DNA from: Chiloscyllium plagiosum
Lineage: Eukaryota
Assembly (NCBI RefSeq): GCF_004010195.1
Contig: NC_057755.1
Span: forward strand, 1,849,306 to 1,908,923
Direction: 5' to 3'
DNA: 59,618 nt
Below the pieces are notes generated by a model. That model had not been told where the DNA came from. It saw only the letters and a list, made by a program, of their open reading frames with translations, and searched no databases. Of this stretch, positions 53,060 to 59,618 are shown piece by piece. The first letter of the stretch is position 1. The number at the start of each line of letters is the position of its first letter. A program made the position numbers and the translations under genes.

Positions 53060-53655
53060 TGTTATGAATGAATTTGCCCAGATATCTCACAATACCAAAG
53101 CGATCAAAACACTATGAACACAAGCCAGTTCTAATGCAAAACAGTCTCAATTTTATTCGGAAACAACGTGCAATAACTATGACTACACAAGAATACCACC
53201 TCCAATTATATTCAGCCCCTCAATCTTCCAATACTTCCAGAGTTTCTTGTATATTTACATAGCTGTTCTCTTTTTCACAGTCCCTGTTTTACTGCAAAGC
53301 TGCTTTCTCTCTCTCTTTCTCTCTCTCTCTGTCTCTCTCTCTCTCCAGATGGTCAGTGGATATCTGCCTTTGGCCATGCTAGTCTATTCAGAAGATCCAA
53401 GAGGAAATGGTCACAAAGGTGACCCCTATGTTTATATATTTTGGATGCTTTTCCGGCACTCTCCATTGTTTTGACCAGTCAGGGAGACACACTTAATAGT
53501 TTGAAACACTGTAAATCATTTGACCGGCCTGCTACTTTTCAATTATTTGTGCAGAAGGACCCCTGCCTTTCTGTCTGTGCCTTTCTCTGACTTGGTGGAT
53601 AATTTGTTGGAGATGTGTCAGTCCAAGATTACTGTTTTTTTTTAATATTATGCAA
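53060..53655 (-). mobile_element. Possible solo LTR
   Basis: Begins tgttatg and ends near attatgca. Minus-strand AATAAA at about 53152-53157; internal (CT)n at about 53305-53345. No second copy in the window to confirm. Confidence 0.3.
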
Positions 53656-53989
53656 AATACATTAGCACCCAGCTGTCCTGCTTGCGCTGTGTCTTGATAC
53701 TAAAGCTCATTCGATGAGAGATGTTTGCGCTGAAGGGATCAAAGAATATCTGAATCAGATTACCTGCTTCCACAACACCCTAAAAAATCAAGACAATATA
53801 TTGTATCTGTTTATAAATATATATCATCAGAATAGACAACAATGACAGATGATTCTATTCATGTAGTTACAAGAGAAGACATCAGAAGCTTCAATAACGT
53901 CTATGAGATTAATCCTAATAGATAGGAAAGAAAATGGAATTCATATTAAAATAGACGCTGAAATGCTTTGAGATCACATAATATAATGA

Positions 53990-55650
53990 AACACTTAACA
54001 TATACTAGAGTAGGCTGGGCACATATTCCAAAAGGAAGAATTACTCTTGATCAACTTACTTGGGCAAAGTAAATAAATCACAATTGATAAACAATATGTG
54101 GAACCACTGAAATTTATGTACCTTCTAAAGGTCGTTGATATGGCACCAGGTAGCAGGCACATGAGCAAGGTCAGAGATTTGGATTCAAGATTGGATAGCT
54201 TACTAACAGTAAGAACATCAAAGAGAAGAGGTGGTTCACTCAGATCTGTGAAAAGGATTAAAATGCATTCCAGAGGAATGTGCAATGAACCGATGACATC
54301 CAATATTTGGAACAAGGCTTAAAAAAGACGAAAACAATGTTCACGCAAATATAAATTGTGACTTGCAGGTAACACAGCGAACAATCCAACAAACCACCAG
54401 AACAATAAATAAAATTGATCAATTAAGATCAACAACTAGCATAAAATAATGTCAACAAATATAAATTGTGACTTGCAGGTAACACAGCGAACAATCCAAC
54501 AAACCACCAGAACAATAAATAAAATTGATCAATTAAGATCAACAACTAGCATAAAATAATGTCAATACAGTTAATTATAGGGCACAACGTTCTGGTCAAA
54601 TTAAATATTAACAAAATGTCTTTTGAGAATATGAGTCTGACATGGACAGATTGGCAAAATGATTGACAGTGTAGAATTTTTTGAAAAGTGTTCAATACAA
54701 CAATACAAGTCAACATAGTAATAAATTAGCATATAAATCAAGAGCAAAGAAACTAAAGTTAAAAATTCAGGTTACATTGTACTCATACAAAAGCATTGAT
54801 ATGCAAAATTTATCATCTCATCTATACATATATGGCATGCGACATTTTTCAATTAAAACTGATATTGTTGAGGACGCACAATTATTCCAAACAGGATGAC
54901 AGTAATACTATGAGGTGTACAAATGTATTTCATAAATATTAATAATGCCTGTGTAATTATTATTTATGATTAACTTGCTTGGTTTGATCACCACATTATG
55001 AAACTTTGTTCACAATTGTCCTCAATGAGAAACGCCATCCTTTATACCAATACAGCTCAAATAAACTAGGCCAGTTATGGGACCAGCAGGTCTACCAATA
55101 CACAGAATTATGGTGAGAAATTACCAATAAGATTTCAGCTATGCAATTGTATAATGAATAACCATAGACCTATATTAGTCCTTTCTTAAATTAGGAACTT
55201 ATACCCAGGAGCATTCTAGAGCAGGTGGATCAATCATTCTATAAAATTATTCTTTAACTATACTCAGAAGAATAAAAAAACACAGAGGTTTGCAGCATTT
55301 CAATAGAACTGTCCAACATGTTACGAGTTAATATACAGCAGATATGTGTTACTTTTCAAACAGTGCATGTAATGCTCTTCACACATGTATTGCTAAACAG
55401 CAGAAGTTTTCTCTTTGTAATCGATCGATTCTGTATAACATGTTGTCAGATCCATTTCGTGGATAGTTTAGTGACCAAGAATAATTATTCATGGAAACAC
55501 ATTTTATGATATCACAGCCATTAACTTACACCTTAGTATTCTATGCTAACAGATACGGCTAGCATGACAGAGTCACTTGAGCTAAATGTTCACCCTAAAC
55601 AGTAACCAAACCTTGCTCTTGTAACAGCCTGCATGACACTCTCATGATTA
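53990..55650 (+). pseudogene. Possible fossil viral class I fusion (F-type) envelope gene
   Basis: A-rich coding-like stretch. Frameshift-joined translation gives a basic site KEKR|WFTQI, then KGLKCI, GMCNE, DDIQYLEQGL, a heptad-like segment and a later Cys-rich block. Heavily decayed. Confidence 0.35.
54346..54565 (+). repeat. Perfect 110-bp tandem duplication
   Basis: 54346-54455 is identical to 54456-54565 by eye. Confidence 0.97.
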
Positions 55651-55985
55651 GGTCGGAACATTGCCGCCACCAGAACTTAAATACAGTTGGAACTTCATTA
55701 CATTAAAATTCAGTAACTTGATAATTCAACAAGCATATGGTTTACAAGAATATTCTTTATAGTTGAGTCAATGGAATAATTTGATATGACCTACACCTTG
55801 CAAAATGATATCACTGATCAGGTGCTTGCAGGTATTTTCCAGTCAACCTGTTCAGAGATGTTACTGAATACTGCTGAAACAGACATGATATGTACGGATG
55901 GTTAGCACTGCAGAAAACACTCTCGGCAACATAGTGACAAAAGATCAAGATCAATTACATAATTTTAGTAATTCTAACTTCTTAC

Positions 55986-56052
55986 CAGGAATACCAATAC
56001 AAGCAAGAACAGTGTAATATATCTTCCTGATACTGTAAAATGTGAGACACAT
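55986..56052 (-). CDS. Coding exon 1 of the minus-strand GPCR (MCLTFYSIRKIYYTVLACIGIP plus 1 nt)
   Basis: gaaaATG (A at -3); 67 nt = 22 codons + G; canonical G|GTAAG donor at 55985-55981. Phase 1 joins exon 2 to give GIPVNLLAI, an intact TM1 with N1.50. Intron 6784 bp; protein 321 aa. Confidence 0.93.
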
Positions 56053-56129
56053 TTTCTGAGTGAACTGTCCCTTCGTCCAACAAGCAAACTTGCTGAATTA
56101 AAGTCTAAGTGACACATTCCCAAAGCCAT

Positions 56130-56137
56130 TATTTATA
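56130..56137 (-). promoter_or_regulatory. Candidate TATA box (TATAAATA) about 78 bp upstream of the GPCR ATG
   Basis: Reverse complement of tatttata; spacing compatible with a short 5'UTR. Confidence 0.45.
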
Positions 56138-57084
56138 TTGTGTGGTCTCTATGGGGATATGAACTTTGCAATGTCACTTGTTTTGTTTAAATTGTATTTT
56201 GAACAAAGACATTACGACATTCAGCAAGTTATTTTTGTGAGATTTGTTTTCCGAATTTCAATGTGATTACCCCAAGGATATGGGACTTGGAAAGAAATGA
56301 GTTCTTAATTTTCCATCTGAATTCACACTTTTACAACAGATTTTCCAAACGATGCAAACCCTCAACTAATGCCATAACCTTCAACTAGTCATTTCAGTGT
56401 TCAAGAATTATCCTGCTCTAGATTGCGACCATTCAGCAATGAATGTCTGAACAATGGAATGCCAGAATAGGAGCTATGTAATGTGGTTCAACCCTTTAAA
56501 TGGTATTATTCAGTACTTAAATTTCAGAGCTATGAGCATAACTCTCGGGACATTTGTGCTCACATTTGGCATATAGTTACCCTTGTGCATTATTGACTCT
56601 AAATAATCGGTTCCTCGGCAACTGTAAAGGTTGCCTCATATACCCGAGATATCGATGCAGTGGTTGGGTTAAACCATCAACAAATTAAGTATTTGAATTC
56701 TGACTGATTCATCGTTTCTCTCATAGTGTCCTTCTACATATGATAAGAGTGTAAGATATTGGAGCAGAAGCGGCTCATTCAGCCCATCCGGGCTGTAACT
56801 TGCAATGGTAAAAACACAAAGTTCCACCTGAAGGTTTAACTGTGTCCATTAGATGAATGGCGAAGGTAGATTTTTGTTTGGTCCCGAGCTTATACAATTC
56901 AATTTACTGACTGATTCACTCTGTGCAGCAAGAGAAACAAATATTTTGGCTTGGCAACCCACTCCACCGAGTTTTGTTTTTGGCGCTTTGTTGAGTCAGC
57001 CATTATTTGTTTTTTTTTTCTCTTTATCAAAGTCTGACAAAGGAATCACAGTGTCTGTCTTTAAACAACAGAGACTCAAGTCAG

Positions 57085-57410
57085 CAGGGGATGCGATAGT
57101 ATTTGTGGTATTATTGCTGAACTGTTAATTCAAAGACCAAGTAATGTTCTGTGAACCTCGGTTTGAATTCCACCGCAACAGATGGTGGAATTTGATATCA
57201 ATGTAAATTTTGATTAAGAGTCTAATGATGACCCGAATATGTTATCAGTTGTCAGTTGTCAGAAAATTTCACTAATTTTCTTTGGGGAAGGAAACTGCCA
57301 TCCTAACCTGATCTGGCCTGCAAATCCACAATAATGTGATTGACTCTTAAATGTCCTCTCGGCAAATTAGGGATAAATGTTAGTCTAGCCAGAGATGCCC
57401 TCATCCTGTA
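57085..57410 (+). mobile_element. tRNA-derived shark SINE (SacSINE1-like)
   Basis: ggtttgaattccaccgcaacagatggtggaatttga, ggaaggaaactgccatcctaacctgatctggcct, tgactcttaaatgtcctctc...aattagggat; homologous to 366-1141. Confidence 0.7.
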
Positions 57411-57419
57411 GAGTCCCCT

Positions 57420-59000
57420 TCCATGGGGAAAATGTACATTGGGTACTCATCCTACCTATGATTTAATAAACCTCACAAGGTCACGCCTCAGTCTCTGACA
57501 TTGAAGGGAAAATAACCCCAGTCGACTCATCCTTACCCTATAGCTCAAACCTTCTACCAATTAGCATCATTTTAGATGTTTTGTGCACCCTTCCGAGTTT
57601 AACAGCATCCTTCCTATAGAAGGGAGACCAGAATAGAATGCAGTATTCAAAATTTGGCCGATGCAATTTCCTGCCCAGCCTCAACATGATATCCGAACTC
57701 CAAACTTAATACACTGACCAATAAAGGGAAGTGGACCAAATGCCATCTGCACTATCTTCTCGAGCAGTGACTCCACCGTTAAGGAAATATGAACGTGCAT
57801 CCCCAGATCTCTTTGTTCAGCAATACACCCTGGACTCCTACCATTAATTATATAGGTCCTACCTTGATCTACCTTAACAAAATGCAACAACTCACACTTA
57901 TTCAAATTAAATTCCAACTACCACTGCTCAATTTCGGTGATTAAGCCTCACTGTACTCTGAATTAACCTTTGACACTGTCCACTGCAACACCAATTTCGA
58001 TTTCATTTGCGGAGTTAATTTCTGTCCCTCCTTTAGCTTACATCTAAATCATTTACATACATGACAAAAAGTAGTGGACCCAGTGCCAATCATTGTGGCA
58101 CACAGCTGGTTTCAGGCCACCAGTCTCGACAAACAACACTCCTCCCACCACCCTTTTTCTCCAACCTTCAAATCGGTTATGTATACAAATGCTGAAAATG
58201 TGTTGCTGGAAAAGCGCAGCAGGTTAGGCAGCATCCAGGGAACAGGATGCTGCCTCACTTCACTCCAAAGCCCAAAGGATCATTCCATTTCGTCAAAAAT
58301 TCACCTGCACGTCCACACACATCGCTTACTGCATCCACTGCATCCAAAGCGGACTCCTCTACATTGGGGTGACAGGCCGCCTAATTGCGGAACTTTTCAG
58401 AGAACACCTCTAGGACACCCGCACCAAACAATCCAACTGGCCCGTAGCTAAACACTTTAACTTCCCGTCCCATTCCGCCAAGGACATGCAGGTCCTTGGC
58501 CTCCTCCATCGCCAGACCATGGCAACACAACATCTGAAGGAAGAGCGCCTCACCTTCCGCCTCGGAACCCTCCAACCACAAGAGATGAATGCAGATTTCT
58601 TCAGCTTCCTCAATTCCCCTAACTCCACCTCATCTCAGCCCCAACTCTCGGAGTCTGCACCGCCTTCTTGACCTATAATCTTCTTCCCGACCTCTCCGAC
58701 CACACCCCCTCTCCGGTCTGTCACCCTCACATTAACCTCCTTTCACCTATCGCATTCCCAACGCCCTTCACCCAAGTCCCACATCCCTACCTTTTATCTT
58801 AGCCTGCTTGGCACACCTTCCTCATTCCTGAACAAAGACCTATACCCGAAACGTCGATTCGCCTGCTCCTCCGATGTTGCCTGACCTGCTGCGATTTTCC
58901 GGCAGCACATTTCTCCCTTCAATTCGTCCTTGCCTTTCCAAATACGTGGAGATCTTGTCCCTCAGAAACGCTTCCACCGGCTTACCCACTACCGATGTCA
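57420..59000 (-). mobile_element. CR1 LINE fragment (57420-58190, resuming 58917-59000) interrupted by a Penelope element
   Basis: Minus ORF EFNLNKCELLHF...EQRDLGMHVH, and LTSVVGKPVEAFLRDKISTYLERQG after the interruption. Confidence 0.88.
58191..58916 (+). mobile_element. 5'-truncated Penelope-like element with inverted terminal repeats
   Basis: GIY-YIG remnant (LLYIGVTGR, FREHL; EERLTFRLGTLQPQEMNADF). 58191-58247 is an inverted copy of about 58860-58916. Confidence 0.88.
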
Positions 59001-59002
59001 GC

Positions 59003-59618
59003 GTTGACAACTGTGACGCTGGAAAAGCACAGCAGATCAGGCAGCATCCAAGGAGCAGGAGAATCAACGTTTCTGGCATACGCCCTTCATTAGGAAGTTG
59101 GGGAGGGAAGGGGACTGTAAGATAAATTGAGGAGTGTGGCGTGGCGAAGGAGGTAGGTAGCTGGGAAGGCGATAGGTGGGTTCAGGTGCGGGTAATAGTG
59201 ATAGGTCGGCAGGGAAGGTGGAGCGAATAGGTGGGAAGGAAAGTGAACAGACAAAAAAGGTCAAGTGGGCGATGGCGGGTTGGAAGATTAAATTTGGGAT
59301 GAGGTGAGGAGAGGGCAGATTTCGAAACTGGTGAAGTCAGTGTTGATTCCATGTGGTTCAACAGTCCCAAAATGGTAGATGGGATATTCTTCCTCCAGTT
59401 GTCAGTGGCTTGAATTTGGCGGTGGAGAAGGCCAGGACTGGCATGTCCTTGGGGAGTGAGAGAAAAGTTTAACGTGGTCTGCCGCAGAATAGTAGGTTTG
59501 TTTGGTGCGGGTGTCCCACAGATGTTGAGCCTATGCTCAAAATGTCGACTCTCCTGCTCCTCGAATGCTGCCTGATATGCTGTGCTTTTGCAGCACCACA
59601 CTTTTCAACTCTGACTCT
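59003..59618 (-). mobile_element. 5'-truncated Penelope-like element with inverted terminal repeats
   Basis: pLTR at 59003-59095 mirrored by about 59527-59612; internal GIY-YIG C-terminal remnant homologous to 58400-58830. Confidence 0.85.

Overview
Vertebrate genomic DNA, not prokaryotic. The repeat content (HE1-type SINEs, CR1/HER1 LINEs, Penelope-like elements with hammerhead termini) points to a cartilaginous fish, probably a carpet/bamboo shark; this is an inference. Two convergent paralogous class A GPCR genes of the shark GPR139/GPR142-like type flank the window. The + strand gene shows only coding exon 2 (2757-3643). The - strand gene is complete: exon 1 at 56052-55986, exon 2 at 49201-48303, 321 aa. 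Between them lies a ~25.2 kb array of a 38-bp satellite (12634-37867) with a TTAGGG hexamer, a hidden 8-bp dyad, kb-scale higher-order duplications and four retroelement insertions. The rest is TE debris: CR1 and L2 LINEs, a Gmr1-like Gypsy with a related solo LTR, Penelope elements and SINEs. There is also one assembly gap and a possible fossil viral F-type envelope gene inside the GPCR intron. Everything was read by eye, so TE boundaries are approximate.
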